This document shows positions 52,877-64,000 of a stretch of DNA of 64,000 nt, one piece after another; position 1 is the stretch's first letter, and each line of letters starts with the position of its first letter. This DNA is from an uncultured Pseudomonadota bacterium (GTDB lineage Bacteria; Oederibacteriota; Muellerivitia; Muellerivitales; Muellerivitaceae), in contig CAWJKT010000015.1 of assembly GCA_963843375.1 (NCBI GenBank), positions 1 to 64,000 on the forward strand, given 5' to 3'. Under the pieces are notes generated by a model. The model was not told the DNA's origin and did not search any database. It saw nothing but the letters and a program-made list of their open reading frames with translations. The position numbers were made by a program, and so were the translations under genes.

Positions 52877-54082
52877 AAGCCATTCGCTTTTCTTTGCGCG
52901 CTTCTTTTTGTCCTGGAAGGTTGCGAGACCCCTATGGCTTATCAACCCCTCATCCGAGGCCGTTTCGAAAGCCAATATCCGAGAACCCCCTTCCGGAATC
53001 CACTGAAGTCCAAGGACGGTTCCCAACAAATTCGGGTGGCAATCGAAGTCCGCCAAAACTCAGTCCATTTGGTCGCTCCCGAGGAATTTATCCTCTCCGG
53101 ATTTCCCTGGGGAACTCCCGTTGTTTCAAAGGGAGAAAACCGTTATCGAGGAAATCACCCTGACTTCGGATCAATTGTACGCCCATAAGGCACTATATCG
53201 AACCGACGGGTGACGGGGAAATCAAGGTAAACGGCAAGAGTTTCAAGGGATCCATGGAAATCGTTGAGGAAACCAAAGGAACCCTCACGGTCATCAACCA
53301 GCTTTCCTTGGAGGAATATGTGATGGGGGTTTTGGCGGGGGAGATTCCGCGAAACTGGCCTTTAGAGGCTCTTAAGGCCCAAGCCATCGCCGCCCGAACC
53401 TTCGCGGTTTTGTATCGCTCGGAAGCCCGCCAAAAAGGCCAACCCTATGACTTGGAAAATACGGCTTTTTTCCAGCGGTATCAGGGATCGGAATTGGTGA
53501 ATGAAAATATCCAAAAAGCGGTTTTGGAAACGAAAGATGAAATTTTAACTTTTAACGGAAAACCGATTGAAGCCTTTTTTCACTCCAATTGCGGCGGACA
53601 CACTTCCGGTGCCCTGGGAGTATGGAGTCATGATCAGCCCTATTTAAAGCCCGTCTAATTGCCCTTTCGGGAACCAAGGGGAACATTTCCGTTGGAGAGC
53701 CGAAATTTCCATTCCGGACATGGTTCGGAAATTGAGAAGCGCGGGAGTGAAAATCGAAGACGTTGTGGGGATCGATATCATGTCCCGGGACGAAAGCAAT
53801 CGCATCCAGGAACTGACGATTACGGATGGGGACGGTTCATTGAAAAAAATGAAGGGCTCCGCTTTTCGAATGGCCCTGGGACCTGATTTGGTGCGTAGCA
53901 CCCGGTTCGATCCCAAGGTTGAGGGAAAAAAAGTTGTGTTTATCGGAAAGGGTTGGGGCCATGGAGTGGGGCTTTGCCAGGAAGGGGCCTATGGGATGGC
54001 CCTGAAGGGCTACGGCGCTTTTGACATTTTGAGATACTATTATCGGGGCGTCATCTTGGAAAAGATTAAAGGAATGGACTAG
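52873..54082 (+). CDS. SpoIID/LytB-domain protein, frameshifted
   Basis: INQLSLEEYVMGVLAGE, EALKAQAIAART, FFHSNCGG, GKGWGHGVGLCQEGA. Confidence 0.9.
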
Positions 54083-54136
54083 GATTTTCGGGTTAGTTAA
54101 CAAATGAAATATTGCAAAATCGCTCTAAGGATTTGA

Positions 54137-55174
54137 ATGAAAACAAGCCTATTTGACTATCCTCTACCGATGGAACGTATTGCCCAATGGCCCCTGGAAA
54201 AACGGGACGCTTCCCGGATGCTGGTATTGGACCGTAAAACGGGACGAGTGGAACATAGCTGGGTCAGGGATTTGTCGAAATGGCTTCTTCCGAGCGATTT
54301 GATGGTGGTCAACCGAACAAAAGTTTTCCCCGCCCGCCTTTTCGCCACCAAACCCGAAACGGGAGCTCTGTTAGAGGTTTTTTTATTGCGTCCGGCGATG
54401 GATTCTTCGACTGAGGAGTGGGAGGCTCTCGTCAGCCCCGCCAAGAGGATCAAGGGTGTCACCCTCCTGAAATTGAAACCCAAGGGAGAAGTGGCCGTTT
54501 TGGAATCCCTTGGTGAAGGTCACTTTATCGTTCGGTTAAACCGGGTTGGGAATGTGAAGAAATTCCTGGTCCAACACGGCCATATCCCGTTGCCCCCTTA
54601 TATCAAACGCAAGGATGATGCGTCCGACCGGGAAAGATACCAGACTCTTTTCGCCAAAAAAGAGGGTTCGGTGGCGGCCCCGACAGCGGGCCTACACTTC
54701 ACTCCGGCCCTCCTTTCAAGCCTCAAACAAAAAGGGATAAAACAATCTTCGGTTACTTTGCATGTGGGTTTGGGAACATTTCTCCCTGTTTCGGCCGACG
54801 ATCTGGAAGAACATATAATGCATCCCGAATGGTTTGAGGTTTCCGCCTCCACGGCCTCGACCATCCAAAAAACCAGGGCCCGCCATGGAAGGGTAGTGGC
54901 CATCGGAACCACGGTGGTGCGAGCCCTCGAGTCAGCCGCCCAGCCCGATGGAACATTCAAAACTGAAGCGGATGAAACAAGAATCTTTATTTCCCCGGGA
55001 TACCATTTCAAATCGGTGGATGTTCTATTCACCAATTTCCATCAGCCCAAGTCTACCCTGCTTATGCTGGTATCGGCTTTTGCCGGAAGGGAAAGGATTT
55101 TAGCCGCTTACGAAGAGGCTCTTCGGGAAGGCTATCGGTTTTTATCTTATGGCGACGCGATGCTGATCCTTTAA
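54137..55174 (+). CDS. queA: S-adenosylmethionine:tRNA ribosyltransferase-isomerase
   Basis: FDYPLP, PLPPYI, GSVAAPTAGLHF, TNFHQPKSTL, YRFLSYGDAM. Confidence 0.97.
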   Translation: MKTSLFDYPLPMERIAQWPLEKRDASRMLVLDRKTGRVEHSWVRDLSKWLLPSDLMVVNRTKVFPARLFATKPETGALLEVFLLRPAMDSSTEEWEALVSPAKRIKGVTLLKLKPKGEVAVLESLGEGHFIVRLNRVGNVKKFLVQHGHIPLPPYIKRKDDASDRERYQTLFAKKEGSVAAPTAGLHFTPALLSSLKQKGIKQSSVTLHVGLGTFLPVSADDLEEHIMHPEWFEVSASTASTIQKTRARHGRVVAIGTTVVRALESAAQPDGTFKTEADETRIFISPGYHFKSVDVLFTNFHQPKSTLLMLVSAFAGRERILAAYEEALREGYRFLSYGDAMLIL

Positions 55175-55198
55175 AAGGTTGGGTTTCTAACACCGCCT

Positions 55199-55624
55199 TC
55201 ACTTTTTATTGACCATCCAGCTGGAAAAATCCCGTAGAAAATTTTTGAACCCATCCAGATGTTCGGGAGGAAATTGATATTTGGAATCGGCTTTCTCCAG
55301 GATCCTCATAAAACAATCCAACCAGGTTTGACGGGCCTTTTCGTCAATCGCAAACGGCAGATGGCGCGCCCGCATGCGGGGAGGGCCGTGATCAATCACG
55401 TAGAGGGGCGGCCCGCCCAAAACTTGGACGAAAAATTTAGCCGATTTGTGGGAGGCTTCCTTCATGTCGGGGGGAAACAAGGCTCGGATATCTGATTTTT
55501 CCAATTCCTGATAAAAATCATCAAGCATCGTAAAAATATTCTCTTCCCCCATCCGGGCGTAGATTTCCCGGCTAGGGCCCGTTTGCGGCGGTCCTCCGGG
55601 AGGGGTGTAAATATCGCGTTCCAT
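55199..55624 (-). CDS. Truncated (2/2) hemoglobin, group II-like
   Basis: DDFY, IRALFP, LGGPPLY...HGPPRMRARH, WLDC. Confidence 0.88.
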   Translation of the reverse strand: MERDIYTPPGGPPQTGPSREIYARMGEENIFTMLDDFYQELEKSDIRALFPPDMKEASHKSAKFFVQVLGGPPLYVIDHGPPRMRARHLPFAIDEKARQTWLDCFMRILEKADSKYQFPPEHLDGFKNFLRDFSSWMVNKK

Positions 55625-55699
55625 GGGCTTATTTTACAATAGGGCTTCCGAAAATCCCTGTAAGATAATCGGGTTTCGGAACTACATTACGGATGAAAC

Positions 55700-57886
55700 A
55701 TGCGAATTAAAAAAGATAACCTGCACGACTTTATAACTTTGTCTTTTTTATTGGTTGTGTGGGCCTGGTTTTATCATCGGGTGCTTTTCGGTGGGAACAC
55801 CTTTGTTCTTGAAGATTCTTCCCGGTTTTTTTTCCCGCTCTGGAAATGGGGTTCGGAGGTTTGGCGAGATGGCTGGATACCGCTTTGGAACCCGGATGCA
55901 GGCTTTGGAACCCCTTACTTGGCGGACCCACAGATGGCGGTTTGGTATCCTCCGGTTTATCTTTTTTATCGTCTCTTTAATCCTGTTACCGCTTTTAATC
56001 TTCTTGTTTTAGGGCACCACCTTTTTGCCCTTTTGGGTTTTTACATTTTCGCCAGAATGAAAAATTTCTCTAGTGGGGTTGCCCTTAACGGAAGCCTTAT
56101 ATTTGGATTTTCATTTAATGCGGTCAGTTTGACCTGGGCTTCGCCCATGCTTTTCACTTATTCGTGGATTCCTTGGATCTTTATGGCGGTTCACGGCTTA
56201 AAGAGCCATCGAAAAGGTTGTTTTTTGTTTTCTGGTTTTGCTTTTGCCATGCAGCTTGCCGCGGGTTATCCCATTTTCTTTTATTTAACCCTACTCACTC
56301 TTTTGATTGAGTCCTTGTTTGAGAAAAAGGATGGAAGAACCTGGAAAAGAGAAATTTTCATGGGTTTGGGTGCTTTGACCATCGCCTTGTTTTATAACGC
56401 TGCCTGGTTATTGCCGTTCAAGGAATTTATTCCTTATAGTAATTTGACCCAGCGAACATCTTTTTTCGGATCCCTTGCCTGGGACGACTTGGCTAGTTGG
56501 TTAAATCCGTTTCTCAAGGGTCATCCCCTTTATTCCCATCCTGACTCCCCTTATTCCGTGAGCGTTTTTTTCGCGGGTTTGCCCTTGTTGGTTTTTATGA
56601 TTTGGGGTATTTCCAATCGAAAGGTCAAACCAGCCCTTGTCTTTGTTTTTTTGGTGATTCTTGTTTTAAGTTTAGGGGAGACCGCACTTTTGGGGGGGTG
56701 GCTAAAAAGGCTTTTACCAGGTTATTCACTTGTAGTGAGGTCGGGATATTGGATACCTTTTGCGATTTGGGCAGCTTTAAGGGTTTTTTTGGAGGCATTG
56801 GCGGAACTTAATTTTCTTCAGGAAAAAAATTCCACTCAAATAACCCGGTTTTGGATATTGTTTGTGCTTTTGATTTATGGAGCGGCTCTAATTTCGGGGG
56901 TGCCTTGGGATTTGGGATCCTTTTGGATTTCTTTTTGCTTCTTATTGCCGGTAGGGTTATTTTGGCCTTTCTCACACAACCTTCGGCCCATTTTATTAAC
57001 CTTTGCCATTCTGTTTTCCCTTTTTCCCGTGGCCCGGAATATGAATTTCACGATGGATAGGTCCTATTACGAGAAGAGCCCTCCGATTTTGTCTGAAATG
57101 ACCCTGCCGGGGCGCATCTATCAATCGTCCAGATGGGTAGACTCGCTTAAAACTATTTCGGGCCAAAGCGTTGCGGATGCTTATGAGAATTTAAAGAAGG
57201 CTATTCCCCCCGACAGCCCTTTGGGCTGGGACAAAGAGGAAGTTTCATTCGCCAACTCCTTGTTTTTGAAGTCTTTTTTGAGATGGTATTTATGGACGGA
57301 TCACACCGATGAAAAAACCGGGCTTCGGCTTTTGAATTTTCTCAACGTCAGGTACCGGGTTGGATCTTTGTCTTTTTCAGCTTTCGAGGTATCGAAGGAA
57401 ACGGAAAACCCCGCCCCATTGATTGAGAATACAAACTTGCTTCCCAAATGGTTTTCGGTCGCAAAAGCGCTCCCGGCACCGGGGGAAACGGACGTTGAAA
57501 AAGGTATCCTGAATCCATCCTTTGATTTCGAAAATGAATGCTTTATCGCGGATGCATCCAATGCGGGCTTCTATCATCATCGCTCCGTGGAGGAGAGAGA
57601 AAGAAGAGCGGGAAGCGTTCATTTAAAAGCTTCCGGCAAGGGAAGGGGATTGTTGATTTCAAGCGAGATGGCCTATCCAGGTTGGCGGGCGAATGTTGAT
57701 GGAAAAGACCGGGCGGTTGAGCTGATTAACCAGGCATTTCGAGGAGTCGTCTTGGCCGATGGCGAAGATGAGGTTGATTTCCACTATGTCCCCATCAGTT
57801 TTCGCCTTGGCTGTTTCCTTTCCTTGTGTATTTGCGGTATGTGGTTTGGAGCCATATTGAGAATTTTGAGGGGTCTGCATGCATGA
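55700..57886 (+). CDS. YfhO-family polytopic membrane protein (GT-C-like)
   Basis: IPLWNPDAGFGTPYLADPQ..WYPP; C-terminal SEMAYPGWRANVDG...AFRGV. Confidence 0.85.
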   Translation: MRIKKDNLHDFITLSFLLVVWAWFYHRVLFGGNTFVLEDSSRFFFPLWKWGSEVWRDGWIPLWNPDAGFGTPYLADPQMAVWYPPVYLFYRLFNPVTAFNLLVLGHHLFALLGFYIFARMKNFSSGVALNGSLIFGFSFNAVSLTWASPMLFTYSWIPWIFMAVHGLKSHRKGCFLFSGFAFAMQLAAGYPIFFYLTLLTLLIESLFEKKDGRTWKREIFMGLGALTIALFYNAAWLLPFKEFIPYSNLTQRTSFFGSLAWDDLASWLNPFLKGHPLYSHPDSPYSVSVFFAGLPLLVFMIWGISNRKVKPALVFVFLVILVLSLGETALLGGWLKRLLPGYSLVVRSGYWIPFAIWAALRVFLEALAELNFLQEKNSTQITRFWILFVLLIYGAALISGVPWDLGSFWISFCFLLPVGLFWPFSHNLRPILLTFAILFSLFPVARNMNFTMDRSYYEKSPPILSEMTLPGRIYQSSRWVDSLKTISGQSVADAYENLKKAIPPDSPLGWDKEEVSFANSLFLKSFLRWYLWTDHTDEKTGLRLLNFLNVRYRVGSLSFSAFEVSKETENPAPLIENTNLLPKWFSVAKALPAPGETDVEKGILNPSFDFENECFIADASNAGFYHHRSVEERERRAGSVHLKASGKGRGLLISSEMAYPGWRANVDGKDRAVELINQAFRGVVLADGEDEVDFHYVPISFRLGCFLSLCICGMWFGAILRILRGLHA

Positions 57887-59021
57887 TTTCAAAGTAACGG
57901 CGAGGGATCACAAAACTTCTGCAAGGACAGGGGTCCTGAAGTTAACCCATGGGGAGATTCAGACTCCATGTTACATGCCGGTGGGTACCCAAGCTTCAGT
58001 CAAGGCGCTCTCTCCTGAGGATGTCCTGGCTTGCGGTTCGGAAATACTCCTCGCCAACACCTATCATTTGATGTTGAGGCCAGGCGCGGCCCTTATTGAA
58101 AAAGCGGGGGGACTTCACGCCTTCATGCATTGGGATAAACCGATTTTGACGGACAGCGGGGGGTTCCAGGTTTTCAGTTTGGCCGACTTGCGCCAAATCA
58201 CCGAGGAGGGGGTCAGCTTTCAATCGCACTTGGACGGCAGCAAATGGCAAATGACCCCCGAATCCGCTACTGGTCTCCAGCACCTGATCGGAGCCGATAT
58301 TGTCATGGCCTTCGATGAGTGCATTCCTTATCCCTCTGCGGAAGAGTACGTTGAAAAATCCGTTGAACGGACGACTCGGTGGGCGGTCCGTTGTCTTGAA
58401 ACTCACCGCAAAGCCGGTAAGGAAGGTTCCCAATCGCTTTATGGAATTGTCCAGGGTTCGAACTTTCCCCGCCTGCGGGAGAAAAGCGCGAAACAACTCC
58501 TCGCTTTGGATTTTCCCGGTTATGCCATTGGCGGGGTTTCGGTCGGGGAACCTAAAGAAGTCATTTACGGTGTGGTGGAAAAAACAGCGCCCTATCTTCC
58601 GGAAGAGAAACCCCGCTATCTGATGGGCGTGGGGACCCCGGAAGATCTTTGGGAATGCGTCGAAAGGGGAATGGATTTATTCGATTGTGTCATGCCCACC
58701 CGGATCGCGCGGAATGGAACGGCCCTCACCCGAAAGGGAAGGGTGATATTAAAAAACGCCCAATATGTCGAAGACTTTTCACCCTTGGACCCTCGATGCG
58801 GTTGTGAGTGTTGTCGATTTTATTCCAAGGCCTACCTGCGCCATCTTTTCATGGCAGAGGAATTATTAGTTCTGCGGCTGGTCAGCCTTCATAATCTTCA
58901 GTTCATGACCGATGTCACGAAGATGATCCGGCAGGCCGTTCAAAGAGGGAATTTTACTGAAGCCAAGAACCAATTCATGGAGGATTATTTTGGGTTTCCC
59001 CCCAAGTCGCGGCCCACTTGA
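57879..59021 (+). CDS. tgt: tRNA-guanine transglycosylase
   Basis: MPVGT, LANTYHL, LTDSGGFQVFSL, YLMGVG, FDCVMPTR, Zn motif CxCxxC...H. Confidence 0.97.
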   Translation: MHDFKVTARDHKTSARTGVLKLTHGEIQTPCYMPVGTQASVKALSPEDVLACGSEILLANTYHLMLRPGAALIEKAGGLHAFMHWDKPILTDSGGFQVFSLADLRQITEEGVSFQSHLDGSKWQMTPESATGLQHLIGADIVMAFDECIPYPSAEEYVEKSVERTTRWAVRCLETHRKAGKEGSQSLYGIVQGSNFPRLREKSAKQLLALDFPGYAIGGVSVGEPKEVIYGVVEKTAPYLPEEKPRYLMGVGTPEDLWECVERGMDLFDCVMPTRIARNGTALTRKGRVILKNAQYVEDFSPLDPRCGCECCRFYSKAYLRHLFMAEELLVLRLVSLHNLQFMTDVTKMIRQAVQRGNFTEAKNQFMEDYFGFPPKSRPT

Positions 59022-59115
59022 TTGATTTTCCATGAGTCAGCCGGTAAGTTGAGCGTTGCGGCTGCTCTTGGCCCCCGCGTATAATGTGCCTCCAAGAAAA
59101 GGAAGGATTTATAAT

Positions 59116-59976
59116 TTGAAAAACCATAAAACGACGCTTTCCTCCAAAGGTAAAAAATCCAAGGTCGATAATGGCGTTTTAACGTCATGGAAAAAGGTCC
59201 AACTGGCTCGGCATCCCCAGCGGCCCTTTGCCCTGGATTACATCCAGAGGATTTTCACTGATTTCCAGGAAATCCATGGGGATCGAGTCTTTGGCGATGA
59301 CCATGCCATTGTGGCGGGGTCCGCCTTCCTAGGGGATCAGCCCGTTTTCACCCTTGGGCAGCAAAAGGGAAGAGACACAAAAGAAAACATAATACGAAAC
59401 TTTGGAATGCCCAATCCGGAAGGTTACCGCAAGGCCCTGAGGATCTTGAAATTGGCCGAGAAGTTCAAAAAGCCCCTGATTACTTTTATTGATACGCCAG
59501 GTGCCTATCCAGGTTTGGGGGGCGAGGAAAGGGGCCAGTCCGAAGCCATCGCACGAAATCTCCTCGAAATGGCCAAACTGAGGGTTCCAATTGTGGCGGT
59601 GGTGACAGGCGAAGGGGGCAGTGGCGGCGCTCTTGGGATTGGGGTCGCCAATAAGATTTTGATCCTTGAAAACTCGGTTTATTCCGTAATTTCTCCTGAG
59701 GGCTGCGCAGCCATCCTCTGGAACGACCGGGCCCGCATGCAGGAAGCAGCCGAGGCGATGAAGATGACGGCCCCCGATCTACTTGAGCTTAAAATTGTTG
59801 ATGAGATCGTTCCCGAACCGGTTGGAGGAGCCCACCTCAATCATGATTTAGCCGCGCAAAACCTCAAAAAGGCTCTGGAAAAGAACCTGAAACAACTATT
59901 GGCTTTGTCCCCGACCGCCTTGGAAGCCCAACGATATGAAAAGTTCCGCGCTATGGGAGTTTTCCAAGATAAGTAG
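59116..59976 (+). CDS. accA: Acetyl-CoA carboxylase carboxyltransferase alpha subunit
   Basis: [45 protein letters not shown] start after an AGGAAGG RBS. Confidence 0.95.
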   Translation: MKNHKTTLSSKGKKSKVDNGVLTSWKKVQLARHPQRPFALDYIQRIFTDFQEIHGDRVFGDDHAIVAGSAFLGDQPVFTLGQQKGRDTKENIIRNFGMPNPEGYRKALRILKLAEKFKKPLITFIDTPGAYPGLGGEERGQSEAIARNLLEMAKLRVPIVAVVTGEGGSGGALGIGVANKILILENSVYSVISPEGCAAILWNDRARMQEAAEAMKMTAPDLLELKIVDEIVPEPVGGAHLNHDLAAQNLKKALEKNLKQLLALSPTALEAQRYEKFRAMGVFQDK

Positions 59977-60014
59977 CCCCCTGGTTTAAAATTCTTTCTT
60001 AAAAAGGTTTTTCC

Positions 60015-60728
60015 TTGGAGTTTAAGATATTTTTCAAATTAATGTTTCTAGGGTGGCTCCTTTCCATATTTTTAATTCCGACTCGGGGTTCAGCCAAAGC
60101 CTTGGTGGTGTTGGACGCGGCTCACGGAGGAAACGATTCGGGGGTCAAGGCCGGTTCGGAGGTGGAAAAAGAATGGAACTATAAGTTTGCCCAATCCCTT
60201 GAAAAAGCCATACAGGGATTAGGCTTCGAGGTTCTGGAAGTCCGAAAAAAAGACGAGACCATCTCACAGGAAAAGCGGGCCGAAATAATCAATACTTCCC
60301 AGGCCTCCGCCGTGATCGTGATCCACGCGGACAGGGAATGGACGGGAACCCAAAAAGGGCCCCTGATCGTCGTGGAACCCCCGACCCAGGGAAATGAATT
60401 TACGGACATATCCCGGTGGGGTGCCATTACCCCTTCCCATTACCGTTCCAGCCTGAAATTGGCCCGGGACATCGCCGGACGGCTGGGGATTGGAATCGAG
60501 TTGTCCTCCCTCTCCGACAGCCGGGGCGTCATGGGCGAAACCACTTCCCCGTCGGGCCGGCTCTATTGCCTCCCGCACCAAAGTCTGAGGTATTTGAATT
60601 TACCCGCGGTGGTTATTACCCCGCTTTTTCTGTCCTCGTCCTCGGATCTTAAAAAGTTCTCCAGTGGCGAGGTCATGGCGGAGTTTTCCTCCAAGGTGGC
60701 CAAGGGGTTGGCGGATTTTTTGCAGTAA
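60015..60728 (+). CDS. N-acetylmuramoyl-L-alanine amidase (Amidase_3), degenerate active site
   Basis: LDAAHGG, EKEWN and IHAD retained; PAVVITPLF where PAVLVExGF is expected. Confidence 0.75.
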   Translation: MEFKIFFKLMFLGWLLSIFLIPTRGSAKALVVLDAAHGGNDSGVKAGSEVEKEWNYKFAQSLEKAIQGLGFEVLEVRKKDETISQEKRAEIINTSQASAVIVIHADREWTGTQKGPLIVVEPPTQGNEFTDISRWGAITPSHYRSSLKLARDIAGRLGIGIELSSLSDSRGVMGETTSPSGRLYCLPHQSLRYLNLPAVVITPLFLSSSSDLKKFSSGEVMAEFSSKVAKGLADFLQ

Positions 60729-60746
60729 GGAATTTCATCAAACGAT

Positions 60747-61346
60747 ATGAAAAACAACTTTTTTCCGAAAATTCTAGTCTCGGTGGTGATTCTCTGTGTT
60801 TCCATCGGGGGAATCGTTCTAGTCTTCCACTGGATTCGGTCAAAGCCGAAGATCGAGCCCGTTCATAACGCCACCCATTCACCCTTGTATGAACCGGGGG
60901 ACAGGCCTACCACGATTTTCTTGAAGGAAGTGGAGATGGAAAGCGGAAAGGCTATCAATGTCCCCGCGGTGATCCGTGAAAGTAAAATTCGGGCGAACCA
61001 AATGCAACAGGCGGTCCTGGCTTATTTGCTGGGCCCCCGAACGGGCCCGGTACAGGTGCCTGTACCCGATGGCGTGGCCTTGAACGAGTTCTATTTCACG
61101 CCCACGGGCGCGGCTGTCGTAGATTTGTCCATTGGCCAGGTACAAAAGGAAAAAGTCGGTTTTACCGACGAGTCCCTCTTTGTTCGGGGCTTGATCGAAA
61201 CCCTGTCCGGCAATTTTTTCGAGATCAAACAAGTGAAAGTCCTTGTGGATGGCCAGGACGCCCCGACGATCTTCGGCCATTATGCCTTGGGAACCTCGGA
61301 AGCTAGCAAGCCTGTATCGGTCCTCGCGGCCGGTCCAATCGATTAA
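60747..61346 (+). CDS. GerMN-domain protein
   Basis: N-terminal TM, LLGP...[35 protein letters not shown]. Confidence 0.8.
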   Translation: MKNNFFPKILVSVVILCVSIGGIVLVFHWIRSKPKIEPVHNATHSPLYEPGDRPTTIFLKEVEMESGKAINVPAVIRESKIRANQMQQAVLAYLLGPRTGPVQVPVPDGVALNEFYFTPTGAAVVDLSIGQVQKEKVGFTDESLFVRGLIETLSGNFFEIKQVKVLVDGQDAPTIFGHYALGTSEASKPVSVLAAGPID

Positions 61347-61362
61347 AACGAAAGAACTCAAA

Positions 61363-64000
61363 ATGGAAAATCCAATCGAAACATCACTTCCCTCCGCTTA
61401 CGAACCCAAAAACGTCGAGGCCAGGTGGTACAAGCAATGGGAAGAATCAGGATTGTTCAAGGCCTCACAAACTTCTTCCAAACCGCCCTTTAGTATGGTC
61501 ATGCCCCCGCCCAATGTGACTGGGAGTCTTCATATGGGGCATGCCTTGAACGACACTCTTCAAGACTTGGTCGCCCGTTACAAACGCATGCAAGGTTTTA
61601 ATGTCCTGTGGCTTCCAGGGGTGGATCACGCGGGAATCGCCACCCAAAACGTGGTGGAAAGGGTTTTGAAAAAAGAAGGCAAAAGCCGGCATGATTTGGG
61701 GCGAGAAGCCTTTATCGAAAAGGTCTGGGCCTGGAAGGAAAAATACGGGGCCACAATCAACCAGCAAATCCGGAAAATGGGCGCTTCCTGCGACTGGACC
61801 CGCGAGCGGTTCACCCTGGATGAAGGCCTTTCCAAGGCCGTGCAGGAAGTCTTCATCACCCTTTACAACGAAAAACTGATTTACCAGGATTATTACCTGA
61901 TCAATTGGTGCCCCCGCTGTCAAACCGCCCTCTCGGATATCGAGGTGGAGCACAAGGCCGTCCAAGGTAATTTCTACCACATCCGTTATCCCTTCGCCCA
62001 TGACCCCGCCAACGGTTTGGAAGTGGCCACTACTAGGCCAGAAACTCTGCTGGGGGATACCGCAGTGGCCGTCCATCCCGGGGATGACCGTTATACGGGG
62101 TTGGAGGGTAAAAAGGTCAACCTGCCCCTAGTGAACCGGCAAATACCCATCATCGTGGATACCTATGTGGATAAGGAATTCGGAACGGGCGTGGTGAAGA
62201 TTACCCCGGCCCATGACTTCAACGATTTTCAGGTGGGAAATCGACACAAGCTTCCGCGCATTAACATCCTGAACCCGGACGGAACCCTTAATGAGAATGC
62301 GGGCTCCTACAAGGGAATGGATCGAACTGCGGCCCGCAAAAAGATAGTCGTCGACTTGGAGGCCCTGGGCCTTTTGCTGAAGGTGGAGCCCCACGAACAC
62401 AACGTGGGCCATTGTTACCGTTGCGGAACCATCGTTGAACCCTACTATTCCAAGCAATGGTTCGTGCGCATGAAACCCTTGGCAGAGACTGCCTTGAAGG
62501 CAGTGGCCGAGGGAAAAACCAAATTTGTCCCCGAAAATGTGGCGAGGAGAGTTTGAAAAATGGCTGAACAATATCCAGGATTGGTGCATCAGCCGCCAAA
62601 TCTGGTGGGGCCACCGGATTCCCGTCTATAACTGCCTCTCCTGCGGTCACCAAGTGGCCGCAGCTGATAAACCCGTTTCCTGCCCCAAGTGCAAAAGCAA
62701 CCAATGGGAACAGGACCCCGATGTGCTGGACACTTGGTTCTCCTCCGGCCTTTGGCCCTTTTCCACCCTGGGGTGGCCGGATAAGACCGGCAAAGATTTG
62801 AAAATCTTTTATCCCACCTCGGTTATGGTCACCAGTTGGGACATCCTTTTCTTTTGGGTGGCCCGCATGATGATGATGGGCCTGAAGTTCATGGGCGAGG
62901 TTCCTTTCCGGGAAGTCTATATGTATTCACTGGTTGCGGATGAGGACGGGAAAAAAATGAGCAAGTCCAAGGGAAACGTGGTGGACCCTCTTGAATTGAT
63001 CGAGAAATATGGAACCGACGCCCTTCGCTTTACCTTAACCAGCATCGAGACCAAACAGCGGTACGTGGCCCTGACGCCCCAAAAACTGGAATCTTCCCGG
63101 AATTTTGTGAACAAACTTTATAACGCCACCCGTTTCGTCTTAATGGGGCTTGGCGGACGGAACGGAAGCAGGGGGGCTGTTGAAAGCGGACTATCCCCAG
63201 CTGAAGCTGGAGGACCGTTGGATTCTTACCCGCCTTTCCCAGGTGGTGGGGGAAGTCACCCGGGATTACGAAAAATACCGGGTGGCGGAATTGTCCCAGA
63301 CCCTTTATCGGTTCGTTTGGAACGAATTTTGCGATTGGTACCTGGAATGCATCAAGCCTCGGCTTTATGCGGAAGCTAATTCTTCCGAAAAGAAACTCGC
63401 TGCTTCGGTTTTCGTGACGGTATTGAACGGAGTTTTACGGTTGTTGCATCCGGTGATGCCTTTCGTCACGGAGGAATTATGGCATAAACTGCCGGGCTCC
63501 TCCGAAACCATCATGAAAGCTGCCTGGCCCAAAGAAGGGGAATATCCCACCGATAATTCGTCCCTGGGGGCTTTTGCAACCCTGCAAGAAATCGTGACTG
63601 CAATCCGGACCAGCCGAAGTGAACTCAATGTGCCGCCCTCCGCCCACGTGATGGTTTCAACCCATGGAGATGGTGTGAAATTCGACCCGTCTTCGCAACA
63701 AGCCGCTTTATTGAAGACCTTGTGCAGGGTGAGTGTGATTTCCGAAACTTCCCAAAGACCGATCAAGTCCGCCTTGGCTGTTGTCAAAAGCGGAGAGATC
63801 TACATCCACTTGGAGGGTTTGATTGATTTGAAAGCGGAGGCGGTCAAACAACAAAAGGAACGGGAAAAGCTGGCCAAGTATTTCCGGGCCATCGAGGAGA
63901 AATTGAAAAACGAGCAATTCATGAAGAATGCCCCCGAGGAATTGGTTACGGGTGAAAAAGTCAAACTTCAGGAAACTCAGGACAAGATAACCCGAATCGA
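61363..64000 (+). CDS. valS: Valine--tRNA ligase (frameshifts; runs off the window edge)
   Basis: [40 protein letters not shown]-terminal coiled coil. Confidence 0.97.

Noticed and set aside
52873..61346. Sporulation or germination capacity from SpoIID and GerMN domains
   Set aside because: Both domains are common in non-sporulating bacteria.
61363..64000. Frameshifts in valS (also flgE, flgD, tatC, spoIID, ABC ATPases) as pseudogenes or programmed frameshifts
   Set aside because: Small indels are scattered across many unrelated genes, including an essential one; uncorrected long-read error is the simpler explanation.

Overview
The window joins two apparently unrelated genomes at about position 20,400, where both flanking genes are cut mid-CDS. 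The left part (1-20.4 kb) is GC-rich and looks like Hyphomicrobiales/alphaproteobacteria. It holds a MarR-linked catabolic cluster (HmgA-like dioxygenase, BKACE/DUF849 enzyme, SnoaL-like protein, sugar-type ABC transporter, WrbA-like flavodoxin), a candidate anti-phage islet (AbiTii-domain protein, TIR protein, two proteins with HEPN-like RN...H motifs, a membrane-anchored protein), and a patchwork of gene fragments. The right part (20.4-64 kb) is visibly less GC-rich and comes from a flagellated diderm bacterium. It holds a divergent flagellar hook cluster (FlgK-like, a ~1,090-codon FliK with 96-bp repeats, flgD, TIGR02530, large flgE, flbD), two TPR/ATP-grasp paralogs, a Thr/Pro-rich secreted protein with a T9SS-like C-terminal domain followed by two PorV-like genes, tRNA-Phe with a degenerate att-like repeat 2.5 kb downstream, and housekeeping genes (pmm/pgm, rlmH, dinG-like, ruvB, MCP, gldAFG-like ABC, tatC, fsa/tal, spoIID, queA, tgt, accA, valS). 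Many genes, including valS, carry small indels typical of unpolished long reads, so most frameshifts are treated as sequencing errors. All family assignments are from motif recognition by eye; no database searches were run.
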